DNA of 64,000 nucleotides from Octopus bimaculoides (lineage: Eukaryota), in contig NC_069004.1 in assembly GCF_001194135.2 (NCBI RefSeq), positions 29,766,370-29,830,369 of the forward strand, read 5' to 3'. This document shows positions 1 through 12,271 of the stretch, piece after piece. The notes under the pieces were generated by a model. It ran no database searches, had not been told where the DNA came from, and saw only the letters and a program-made list of their open reading frames with translations. The translations under genes were made by a program, and so were the position numbers. Every line of letters starts with the position of its first letter. The first letter of the stretch is position 1.

Positions 1-40
<40 letters not shown>

Positions 41-609
41 GTGTGTTTGTGTCTGTCTGTCTATCTATATGTATGTATGTATGGATGGGTGGATGGATGG
101 ATAAATTCCACTGTGTATATGCGTGTATGTATATATGTATGTATGTAAATGTATAGATGGATCGATCGATCGATAGATAGATAGATAGATAGATAGATTT
201 AGTAATGTATATATGTGTGTGTGTGCGCGCGGGCGGGCTGGTGGGCGGGCTGGTGGGCGTGCTTAAGTGTGTGAGTGTGAGCATGCGTGTGTATATACAC
301 ATACATTATACAACGTGGTTTTGCATAGATCCAATGTTTGAAAAGATGAAAGTAGTCGTGAGTGAACCGCTTTGATCAAAGGTTGCCTTAATAGGGACTA
401 ACCTAGGGCTAAACAATAAAATGACAGTAACAATGACAACAACGACGATTCCGATACGGATTTGCGTGGATGCATTTAGGCAGTCGTTTGACCTACTGAA
501 AACAGTAGCCAAATCTCCCTCGGGTTTTGTGAATATTTATGGATATTTTAGTTGAAGTAGTCGACTTGAACCATGTTGCCTCAAGCCAGGCAGCCGCAAC
601 CGCTGGAGC

Positions 610-860
610 AGCAGCAACAACAAGTCACAACAGCAATAACAACATCAATAACAGATCACATTATCAATAGTAACAACAATAACATTAACAACAACAACGA
701 TAACAACAACAATAACAACATCAGGTGTCACAACGGCAGCAACAACGAAAAAGCAACAACAATTACAACAACCACAACAGCAGTAAAAAACACAACAACA
801 ACATCAATAACAACAACAAAATCAATAAAAACAACAACAACAACAACAACAATAGTATCT
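610..860. repeat. (ACA/CAA)n trinucleotide-rich tract
   Basis: Directly visible. Confidence 0.9.
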
Positions 861-1184
861 GCAATACTATAACGAGATGGTGTAGCTCCTAATAATCTTG
901 GCTGCCATTGTCGTCTGTAAGAGCCTCGCTATTGAAGGATGCTAATTCATTCGGACCGCCATTTTCCCCCAATTCAACGTTGCAGTCGTATGCAGCCTGT
1001 GTTCAATATTTTTCAATCGGTTCGATATTATCCTATTGACATTGCTGACTGGGTTATTCCTGTGGTTGTGGGCGGCGGATGATTAGAGCCACTCTATTGA
1101 TCTATATACAGACGCGTGTATATATGTGCACATACACACACACACACATGCATACACTCATACATACAGAAATTATATATACAT

Positions 1185-1234
<50 letters not shown>

Positions 1235-2119
1235 CATATATATATTATATATCCATATATGTACATAGACGCACACATACACATTTATATGGATTGATGG
1301 ATGGGTACATAAGTAGATAAATAGATAGAGATATATCTAAACATGAATACATATATGTATATATATATGTATATATNNNNNNNNNNNNNNNNNNNNNNNN
1401 NNNNNNNNNNNNNNNNNNNNNNNNNNNNNNNNNNNNNNNNNNNNNNNNNNNNNNNNNNNNNNNNNNNNNNNNNNNNNNNNNNNNNNNNNNNNNNNNNNNN
1501 NNNNNNNNNNNNNNNNNNNNNNNNNNNNNNNNNNNNNNNNNNNNNNNNNNNNNNNNNNNNNNNNNNNNNNNNNNNNNNNNNNNNNNNNNNNNNNNNNNNN
1601 NNNNNNNNNNNNNNNNNNNNNNNNNNNNNNNNNNNNNNNNNNNNNNNNNNNNNNNNNNNNNNNNNNNNNNNNNNNNNNNNNNNNNNNNNNNNNNNNNNNN
1701 NNNNNNNNNNNNNNNNNNNNNNNNNNNNNNNNNNNNNNNNNNNNNNNNNNNNNNNNNNNNNNNNNNNNNNNNNNNNNNNNNNNNNNNNNNNNNNNNNNNN
1801 NNNNNNNNNNNNNNNNNNNNNNNNNNNNNNNNNNNNNNNNNNNNNNNNNNNNNNNNNNNNNNNNNNNNNNNNNNNNNNNNNNNNNNNNNNNNNNNNNNNN
1901 NNNNNNNNNNNNNNNNNNNNNNNNNNNNNNNNNNNNNNNNNNNNNNNNNNNNNNNNNNNNNNNNNNNNNNNNNNNNNNNNNNNNNNNNNNNNNNNNNNNN
2001 NNNNNNNNNNNNNNNNNNNNNNNNNNNNNNNNNNNNNNNNNNNNNNNNNNNNNNNNNNNNNNNNNNNNNNNNNNNATATATATATATATATATATATATA
2101 CATACAGAGAGATAGATAG

Positions 2120-2151
<32 letters not shown>

Positions 2152-4845
2152 CTATATACATATATAAATATATACATATAGATAGAAAGGTGAGAGGAAG
2201 GGCGTTAGATAAATAAATATAAAAACGCATGCAAACGTACATAGGCACATACTCACACACACACACACACATATCCCATCGTCTCACATACACATGCATA
2301 TACAATTACATATATACATACATGCATGCATATCTACATACACACGTACATATAATATTCGTATTCTCTTTGAGATGTATTACAGCTTTCTCAACTTGAA
2401 ACTGTTTGACTATTTACCGATCAGCGTCTGATGTAAGACAGAGATATACATCTATGTTCATACACATATGCGTATATATATATATATATATACATACAGA
2501 TCTACACATACACACACACACACACACACGCACGCACACACACATACNNNNNNNNNNNNNNNNNNNNNNNNNNNNNNNNNNNNNNNNNNNNNNNNNNNNN
2601 NNNNNNNNNNNNNNNNNNNNNNNNNNNNNNNNNNNNNNNNNNNNNNNNNNNNNNNNNNNNNNNNNNNNNNNNNNNNNNNNNNNNNNNNNNNNNNNNNNNN
2701 NNNNNNNNNNNNNNNNNNNNNNNNNNNNNNNNNNNNNNNNNNNNNNNNNNNNNNNNNNNNNNNNNNNNNNNNNNNNNNNNNNNNNNNNNNNNNNNNNNNN
2801 NNNNNNNNNNNNNNNNNNNNNNNNNNNNNNNNNNNNNNNNNNNNNNNNNNNNNNNNNNNNNNNNNNNNNNNNNNNNNNNNNNNNNNNNNNNNNNNNNNNN
2901 NNNNNNNNNNNNNNNNNNNNNNNNNNNNNNNNNNNNNNNNNNNNNNNNNNNNNNNNNNNNNNNNNNNNNNNNNNNNNNNNNNNNNNNNNNNNNNNNNNNN
3001 NNNNNNNNNNNNNNNNNNNNNNNNNNNNNNNNNNNNNNNNNNNNNNNNNNNNNNNNNNNNNNNNNNNNNNNNNNNNNNNNNNNNNNNNNNNNNNNNNNNN
3101 NNNNNNNNNNNNNNNNNNNNNNNNNNNNNNNNNNNNNNNNNNNNNNNNNNNNNNNNNNNNNNNNNNNNNNNNNNNNNNNNNNNNNNNNNNNNNNNNNNNN
3201 NNNNNNNNNNNNNNNNNNNNNNNNNNNNNNTATATATATATGTATGTATATGTATGTGTATGTATATGTTTGTGTCTGTGTTTGTTCCCCCAACATCGTT
3301 TGACAACCGATGCTGGTGTGTTTACGTCCCCGTAACTTAGCGGTTCGGCAAAGGAGACCGATAGAATAAGCCCTTTGGTCGAGCAAAGAATAAGTCCTGG
3401 GGTCGATTTGCCCGACTAAAGGCGGTACTCCAGCATGGCCGCAATCAAATGGCTGAAACAACTAAAAGAGAAAAATAGTAAAAGAGTATATATATACATG
3501 CGCGTATGTCTACATATTGGCATATGTGTGTACATATGCACATATACATATATGCAAATACATACATGTGCATATCTTATACATGTGTATATATAAACAG
3601 GACGTTTGATAACTCCTGACGATCTACTCCACGCTATTGAAACCTAACAGATAAATCATGCATGATAAAGCCAGATAAACCAAGATTAAATAAACCATGA
3701 TTCTTTCTGTTGACACAACAATAACTAATCTGAAGACCATTGACAATTAATCAGATCATCAGATAAACATGCAACATGATCAGAAATAAAGGGATTATGC
3801 GGAAGGTGAAGGTGTTTAAATAAAGGTGTTGGATAACATCAGAACATGTTTTAATGTCTTCCTGCTTCGCGTTATACATATTGAATGAGAAATGGCGTTT
3901 CTGGTCTATTTCATTGTTCTTGGCGTTTCTTTTGGCTTCAAATATTGTCACAAGACTAGCAATTTCCGGGGAGAGGGTAAATTGTTTATATCGACCCCAG
4001 TGCTTAACTGGTATTTATTTAATTGGCTCTGAAACGATGAAAAGGGAAAGTCTATCCTGGCGGCGTTTAAACTCTGAACGTAAAATTGGAAGAAGCGCTG
4101 TGAAGCATTTTGTCCGGTGGGGTAACAATTCTGCCAGCTCACCGTCTCTCCCGGCGTTTATATTGGTTTCACATTTTGGCACAAGGCCAGAAATTTCCGG
4201 GAGTTGGGTAAGTCGACTACATCGACCCTAATGCTCCACTGGTACTTATTTTATTGAGCCTGAAAGATTGAAAGGTAGAGTTGACCTCGGCGAAATTTAA
4301 ACTCAGAATATAAAAGTAGACGAAGTGCCGCTAAGTATTTTGCCCGGCGCAGTAACGATTCTTCCAGCCCGTCGCCTAAATTAAAAACAATTAATATATC
4401 GCGTAATTAATGCAGCAAGCCGACAGAATCGTTAACACGTTTCAAAATTCCGCCGAGGTCGACTTTACCCTTCATCCTTTCGCAGTCAATAAATCAAGTA
4501 CCAGTTGAGCACTGCGGTCGATGTTATTGACTTACCCCTTCTTCGGTAGTGTAGGCCTTGTTTCGGAAGGTGAAACTTATAATTAAGGCGGACAAAACGA
4601 GCAGCCGCATTTCGTCCGCCTTTGCGCGCTGAGTTTAAATTCCACCCACGTCGACTTTACCTTTTATCCTTTCGGGGCCGATAAAATAACAACCAGTTGA
4701 TCACTGGGGTCGATGTAATCGACTTACATCCCCACCACCACCACCCACCCCATCCCGGAATTGCTGGCAGTGTGCCAAAATTTGTAACTAATACATCTCA
4801 TAAACATTGAATATTAGTTAATGCTATTTTTGCTGTGGAGGCACA

Positions 4846-5120
4846 TGGCCTAGTGGTTAGAGCAGCGGACTCGCGGTCGAGGGATCGCAGGTTCGAATCT
4901 CAGACCGGGCGATGTGTATGTTTATGAGCAAAGCACCTAAGCTCCACGCGGCTCTGGCAGAAGGTAATGGCGAACTTCTGATGACTCTTTCGCCACAACT
5001 AGCAGCTCACCTGTGACGGACCGGTGTCCCGTCCAGGCAGGAAACCTATACACCAATGAAACCGGGAAACCGACCCTTATGAGCTAGGCATGGCTCGAGA
5101 AGGAACGAACAACAACAATA
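4846..5120 (+). mobile_element. tRNA-derived SINE (family D type) ending in (AAC)n
   Basis: Head ggcacatggcctagtggttagagcagcggactcgcggtcgagggatcgcaggttcgaatc has A and B boxes but no complete acceptor stem. A related body lies at about 22450-22722 (-). Confidence 0.75.
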
Positions 5121-6189
5121 TATTTGCTAATTAGTGAATACCCATAATTAAAACGTTTAATAATTACTTAATAACAATTACTAATACATTTATTAATTAC
5201 TGAATAACCATAATCAATATTGTTGCCAATTGATAAATAACTATTCTGATTCATTTAATAACCAATTATTAAACATTATTAATACATTTCATAAATTCTT
5301 AATAACAATTACTTATACATGTTATAATTATTGATTAACCATTATCAATACGTTTGGTAATTAGCGAATAATTATTGTTGATTCATTTAATAATCAATTA
5401 ATAACCGTTGTTAATACATTAATCAACTAATGGCCATTAATATTATACATTTGTTAATTATTTTACAACCTTCGTTAATTTTTAATCACTTTACAACATT
5501 TGTTAATTTTTTTAGTTACTGATTTTTTTAGTCACCTTTAGTGACATTTAAGATTTATTTTGCAACAACGTAATCTCAAAGTTGCCATTCGATCTGTTAG
5601 ATGTAGCAACCTAATCGCCCTCAAATCACATCCTATCGCCATAATTAAAACAAAGCATACTGGGTAATAAAATCGTTATGTGCAGAGTGTACAACATGAT
5701 CGAAAATGATTGGCATAATTATTATAAATACGTTCCGGCTGGTATGAACACAAATATGCTAATTGCTGTTGTGTTTAATATCGACGGTCTGGGTAAATTC
5801 CGGCTGACGAAACACAATATGTCGAAACACCGGTGCTTCAGAATCTCTTGTGCCAAAAACGCTAATGTGTTATGAAGACATCGTCGTCGTCAAAGGTAGG
5901 ACTTGCTCTCCTGTGATGTACAGAACAGAGACTAAAGTATTTGGGTTCGAATCTACCGGGCAAGTATGAAGAATGAATATATTTCTTTTATCTTATATTT
6001 TTTTACTTGTATAAGTCATGAGACTGCAGTCATGCTGGGGCACCGCCTTGAAGAATTTTTAGTCAAATGGCATTTATTCTATCGGTCTATTTCGCCCGAA
6101 AGCGAAGTGACGGGTACGTAAACACTCCAACAACGGTTGTCAGGCGGTTGTGGGGTACAAACACAGGCACAAAGACACACACACACACG

Positions 6190-6190
<1 letters not shown>

Positions 6191-6252
<62 letters not shown>
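6191..6252. repeat. (ATAG)n microsatellite inside a family A SINE
   Basis: Directly visible. Confidence 0.95.
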
Positions 6253-6253
<1 letters not shown>

Positions 6254-7142
6254 CGATGGTTTTCCTTCAGTTTCCCCTCTATCAAATTCACTCACAAAGC
6301 TTTGGTCGGGTAGGTTATCTCCTCTTCAGCAGCAGAGGCCCGAAAAGTATACACATACACACACGCACAAACATCCTAGATCACATTACAGTACTGCACG
6401 CATATTTGGGACAGTGCTGTTGTTACAAACACACACACACACACACATAAATACACACATCCTAAACCACATTGGTAACATGTTTGTAGTATAATATATA
6501 TATACGATGGGATTCCACACAATTTCCGTCACCCAAATTCATTCACCAGGCATCGGTCGGCAAAGGGCTATTGTAGAAGACGCTTACTGCCATGCGGTGG
6601 AACCGAATGCAAAACCACGAGGCTGTGCAAAGCAAGGTTCTTAATCACACAAGCAGGTATAAACTACACATTACATATAAAACGCTTTTAAAAAACCAAA
6701 ACGGGAGGGTCACAGCTGGAACCTCAGAACTGACCAAAAGCTAAGCAAGCTTAAGACACATCAACAAGAACAACAACGACGATGACGATGACAACAACCA
6801 CATTTTAATATATATATTCCTCAAATGGTACGTTTCTGGCTAATTTCGAACTAACTGAAGTGATCGCAGACTTCAAAGAGGATTCCCAGCAGGAACGCTG
6901 TGGTTATTAGATCTCTTTCCATCTCTCTCTCGCTCTCCCGTAAAGATTATGGTAAAGATAATATTGTGACGTCTTTTGAGGAATTTTCTTCTTTTTTTTT
7001 TTGCGGCAAATGTTTCAAAGATGTGGATGTTGTGCTGGTTTAGATGATTTCCAAAGAAGCAATCGGCCACATTGCATGTCGCTGTTAACATATTAACATC
7101 ACTGGGAACGTTCACAAATAAGCCTGAACGCTCATCATCTGA

Positions 7143-7174
<32 letters not shown>

Positions 7175-7320
7175 TTGCGCACAAACATACATACATACAT
7201 ATACATGCATATATATATATATATGTATGTATATATGTATATGTGTATATATGTATATACATATATATATATATACATATGTATGTATATGAATATATAG
7301 GTATGTATATGTATGTATGC

Positions 7321-7358
<38 letters not shown>

Positions 7359-7689
7359 ATGCATGTATGTATTACATATGCATATATATGTATGTATGCA
7401 TACATGTATGTATTATATATGTGTATGTATATATATATATATATATATATAGTATGTGTGTGCCTGTGTGAGTGTGAGTATGTATGTATGCATGTATGTA
7501 TGTATGTATGTATGTATGTGTTTGTATGTATGTGTGTGTGTATGTATGTATGCATATGCAAAGAGAGAGGATTGCATTTTATTGGTCAGCATAAGTTTAT
7601 TTGATCCAGTCGATGATATATTTCTATGCGGAGACATATCAACATCATCATCATCATCATCATGGCAATGACAACGGCGACAAGGATGT

Positions 7690-7690
<1 letters not shown>

Positions 7691-7720
<30 letters not shown>

Positions 7721-7774
7721 AAGAAGAAGAAGAAGAAGAAGAAGAAGAAGAAGAAGAAGAAGAAGAAGAAGAAG
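7691..7774. repeat. (AAG)n microsatellite running into a gap
   Basis: Directly visible. Confidence 0.95.
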
Positions 7775-10060
7775 NNNNNNNNNNNNNNNNNNNNNNNNNN
7801 NNNNNNNNNNNNNNNNNNNNNNNNNNNNNNNNNNNNNNNNNNNNNNNNNNNNNNNNNNNNNNNNNNNNNNNNNNNNNNNNNNNNNNNNNNNNNNNNNNNN
7901 NNNNNNNNNNNNNNNNNNNNNNNNNNNNNNNNNNNNNNNNNNNNNNNNNNNNNNNNNNNNNNNNNNNNNNNNNNNNNNNNNNNNNNNNNNNNNNNNNNNN
8001 NNNNNNNNNNNNNNNNNNNNNNNNNNNNNNNNNNNNNNNNNNNNNNNNNNNNNNNNNNNNNNNNNNNNNNNNNNNNNNNNNNNNNNNNNNNNNNNNNNNN
8101 NNNNNNNNNNNNNNNNNNNNNNNNNNNNNNNNNNNNNNNNNNNNNNNNNNNNNNNNNNNNNNNNNNNNNNNNNNNNNNNNNNNNNNNNNNNNNNNNNNNN
8201 NNNNNNNNNNNNNNNNNNNNNTATATATATAGTAATTTATATAGTAATAATTTATATAGTAATATATATATATAGTAATTTTACCTTGTACTTATTCTTA
8301 GTGCAAGTTTTGAAGAGTGCAGTTCGATTTTACCAATTATTTTTTCAAACCTATAACGGAAGTGACCAAGGAGCATATTCGACATACTTGGCTTTATGGG
8401 TTCAATTGATGCATTGCTCCACATTATACATCAGGTCGGATTTATTTTGAATGCATCCATCGAAACATATGTAGATTAAATGAAGATATAAATGATTTAA
8501 TAACATCTAGAACATTTGTTTCCATTTTCAATTTTTCCTATGTTCTTCTAAATACGTCTCGCTTCTCCCCGGAATCAACTCCCACATAAGTGTGATCATT
8601 GATTCCGAGGACACTTATGTGACATCTGGCTACCTTGTAATTATTCCCCTGTATCTTTCCTATAAAGTGAACATTCATATATATATATATATATATATAT
8701 ACATACATATATGTATATTGTTGTTGTTGTTGCTGGCACTCCGTCGCTTACGACGTCGATATATATGTAAGTATGTATATTTATGTATGTGTGCGCGCAT
8801 GTGTATGTGTGTGTGTGTATGTATATATTATTTTATTTGCTTTAGTCATTTGGCTGTGGCCATGCTGGGGTACCGCCTTAAAGGGGTTTTTGTCGAAGAA
8901 ATCGATCCCAGGACTTATTCTTATTTTACTGGTCTGCCCAACTGGTAAGTTACGGGAACGTAAACACACCAGCATCGGTTGTCAAGTGAGTGTGGGGGAC
9001 AAACACAGACACAAAGACATACACACATAAATATATACAGACATGTGTGTGTACGACAGGCTTCTTTCAGTTTCCGTCCACCAAATCCACTCACAAAGCT
9101 GTAGTCGGTCCGGGACTATAGTAGTAGGAAACACTTTCCCAAAGTGCCACTCAGTGGGACTGAACCCGGAACCACGTGGTTGGGATACCCTGGATTCTAT
9201 GGTTTATATATTGCGCACACACCCCACCTGGATGGGACGCCGGTCCGTCACAGGATTACTCATTTTTGCCAGCTGAGTGGACTGGAACAACATGAAATGA
9301 AGTGTTTTGCTCAAGAACACAACGTTTCGCCTGGTCCAGGAATCGAAACCACAATCTTACGATCGTGATTCCAACACCCTAACCACTAAGCCAAATACAT
9401 CAAAATACATACATACATACACAATTATATTATGCATGTTTGTATATGTGTGTATGTATTTATATACATACATATGTATTCGTATGTATGTATATTTTTC
9501 TGTATATGTGTATGTATAGATATATACATGTGTGCATGTTCGTATATGTATGTATGTATGTATGTATGTATGCAAGAATCTAATTGTAATAGACCCGTAC
9601 CCTAGAGGCATATATTTCAAACATACTTGATATATATACATCGTACGCCGTCTGCCTCCGTTCAAAACCAGCCGCCATGACAGGAAAAATGTAAACAGAC
9701 CAGAAAAATATAATGGCAATGAAGTATCTAAATAAATATGCAATAGACAGCGAAGGCGAAAACAAATTATATGTAAAACTGAGTAACAGCTCCGCATATC
9801 ACAAGTTTAAACAGGAGCGATGAGGCGGATGCGGGTTGCAGCGAATTGACCCAGTCGTTAGATCGTTGGAGAAATGTATCGCGGTATTTGTTCCGACTCT
9901 GAGTTCAAATCTTGTCACGGTCAACATTGTCTTTTATTCTTTAGGAGTCAAAAACAAGAACCAATCTAAGACCATGGGTTTGCGGGACTATAGTAACGTC
10001 GAATCGAACGCCTTGACGTATTTGATCCGGATCTTGGCACATCGAGTTCCATTCCTCTCT

Positions 10061-10472
10061 CTCTTTTACTCTTTTACTTGTTTCAGTCATTTGACTGCGG
10101 CCATGCTGGAGCACCGCCTTTAGTCGAGCAAATCGACCCCAGGCCTTATTCTTTGTAAGCCTAGTACTTATTCTATCGGTCGCTTTTACCGAACCGCTAA
10201 GTTACGGGGACGTAAACACACCAGCATCGTTTGTCAAGCGATGTTGGTGGGACAAGCATAGACACACAAACACACACACATATATATATACACACATATA
10301 CATATATACGACGATCTTCTTTCAGTTTCCGTCTACCAAATCCACTCACAAGGCTTTGGTCGGCCCGAGGCTATAGTAGAAGACACTTGCCCAAAGTGCC
10401 ACGCAGTGGGACTGAACCCGGAACCATGTGGTTGGTAAGCAAGCTACTTACCACACAGCCACTCCTGCGCCT
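10061..10472 (-). mobile_element. SINE family A (tRNA head, CORE-like domain, internal microsatellite), full-length representative; about 20 copies in the window
   Basis: Head ggcgcaggagtggctgtgtggtaagtagcttgct...gggttcagtccc, ccttgggcaagtgtctt CORE-like motif, tail aaagagtaaaagag. Other copies near 3240, 6000, 8830, 11960, 20885, 28600, 29413-29782, 41610, 46030, 46862-47267, 48440, 55635, 57490, 59630. Assignment to the published octopus OR2/CORE SINEs is inference. Confidence 0.85.
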
Positions 10473-11085
10473 ACCAACAAAAACTTGTGAATGGTTTCAG
10501 TAATTGAAAGTTTACTGCCAACAGTTTCATTTCCAAGACCATCTGGTGATGACGGAGCATTGCCCTGAGCTGAATCGCCAACAGTAAAAGAAGAAGAATT
10601 TCCTTTAATATTTAAAAATATTCAAGCAACCAGGAAGAGCAGATACGCATGAATGCTTCTCTTTTGTGTCCGCCTGACACTGGAGTTATTGATAAAAACC
10701 AGTCCTAACTGAATTCAATATTTCCTTCAAAGGAATGGTTTTGATACCTCAAAGAATATTCTTCGAGACGCTGGTAATATCATTTCCTTTGAATATCGCC
10801 TGTTGACAAAAATCTTTTCCAAATGACGAAACGAAACTCGCTTCAAGAGAACGGATTGTCGAAAAACAAGTCTTTTGGACCGTGAGCCCATTGCTTCCGT
10901 TCCAATAAAGCTCGTCCGTTAATCATCTCAGATCAACCTGGATGGGAATATTAAGGTGAGGTTTGATGGCAGCGGACAAATCGAATATCATATCGCAAGA
11001 ATTCATGCCTTGCAAACAAGAAAATTATCTTTGAAAAGAAATTAAGGTTATAGCAACTGGAAAATCAATAGATAGAATAATACTG

Positions 11086-11203
11086 GTGATGGTATTCATG
11101 GTGGTGGTGGTGGTGGTGGTGGTGGTGGCAGTGGTAATGGTGGTGGTGGTGGTGGAGATGGTGCTGTGTCGTGGTGGTGGCGGTGGTGCCAGTGGGGATG
11201 GGG
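11086..11203. repeat. (GGT)n-rich tract running into a gap
   Basis: Directly visible. Confidence 0.9.
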
Positions 11204-11929
11204 NNNNNNNNNNNNNNNNNNNNNNNNNNNNNNNNNNNNNNNNNNNNNNNNNNNNNNNNNNNNNNNNNNNNNNNNNNNNNNNNNNNNNNNNNNNNNNNNN
11301 NNNNNNNNNNNNNNNNNNNNNNNNNNNNNNNNNNNNNNNNNNNNNNNNNNNNNNNNNNNNNNNNNNNNNNNNNNNNNNNNNNNNNNNNNNNNNNNNNNNN
11401 NNNNNNNNNNNNNNNNNNNNNNNNNNNNNNNNNNNNNNNNNNNNNNNNNNNNNNNNNNNNNNNNNNNNNNNNNNNNNNNNNNNNNNNNNNNNNNNNNNNN
11501 NNNNNNNNNNNNNNNNNNNNNNNNNNNNNNNNNNNNNNNNNNNNNNNNNNNNNNNNNNNNNNNNNNNNNNNNNNNNNNNNNNNNNNNNNNNNNNNNNNNN
11601 NNNNNNNNNNNNNNNNNNNNNNNNNNNNNNNNNNNNNNNNNNNNNNNNNNNNNNNNNNNNNNNNNNNNNNNNNNNNNNNNNNNNNNNNNNNNNNNNNNNN
11701 NNNNNNNNNNNNNNNNNNNNNNNNNNNNNNNNNNNNNNNNNNNNNNNNNNNNNNNNNNNNNNNNNNNNNNNNNNNNNNNNNNNNNNNNNNNNNNNNNNNN
11801 NNNNNNNNNNNNNNNNNNNNNNNNNNNNNNNNNNNNNNNNNNNNNNNNNNNNNNNNNNNNNNNNNNNNNNNNNNNNNNNNNNNNNNNNNNNNNNNNNNNN
11901 NNNNNNNNNNNNNNNNNNNNNNNNNNNNN

Positions 11930-11962
<33 letters not shown>

Positions 11963-12198
11963 GTATATGTATTTATGCGTCCGTGTTTCTTGACAACCTA
12001 TGTTGATGTGTTTACGTCCCCATAACTAGAGGTTCGGCAAAAGACACCGATAAATTAAGTACTGGGGTCGATTTGTTCGACTAACGGTGGTGCTCCAGCA
12101 TGGCCATGGTCAAATGAGTGAAACAAGTAGAAGAGTAAAAGTGTATGAGTTATCCATTCCTTGGTTACATCACAAAAGTTTTCATTTTCCGCAAAATA

Positions 12199-12271
12199 TT
12201 TTTCAGTGAAAATAGGAGTTATTTCCCTTTATGGAGATAAAGGGGAAATAACTCTTATTTTTCACTAAAAA
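12199..12271. repeat. Hairpin with ~33-bp arms
   Basis: tttttcagtgaaaataggagttatttccctttat-ggag-ataaaggggaaataactcttatttttcactaaaaa. Confidence 0.8.

Noticed and set aside
306-512. 68-aa minus-strand ORF with a hydrophobic stretch
   Set aside because: The hydrophobic run derives from (ACA/ACG) repeats and overlaps a dispersed repeat. No recognisable family.
573-872. 99-aa Q/N/T-rich ORF
   Set aside because: Translation of an (ACA)n tract. No splice or homology support.
3615-3660. ctcCTGACGA...GAAAcct motif
   Set aside because: No stem II or stem I pairing could be drawn. It may be a very decayed Penelope-type end but is unsupported.
4846-4920. Apparent tRNA gene
   Set aside because: A and B boxes are present but the acceptor stem does not close and it continues into a SINE body. 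The same applies to all other tRNA-like heads in the window.
5150-5440. AT-rich ~135-bp degenerate duplication
   Set aside because: Low complexity and highly diverged, with no sign of function.
6873-7671. Multiple YI/HT/CV-repeat ORFs
   Set aside because: Dinucleotide microsatellite translations.
9670-9700. Perfect Kozak gccgccATG followed by a possible donor
   Set aside because: Reads MTGKM* and no compatible downstream exon was found.
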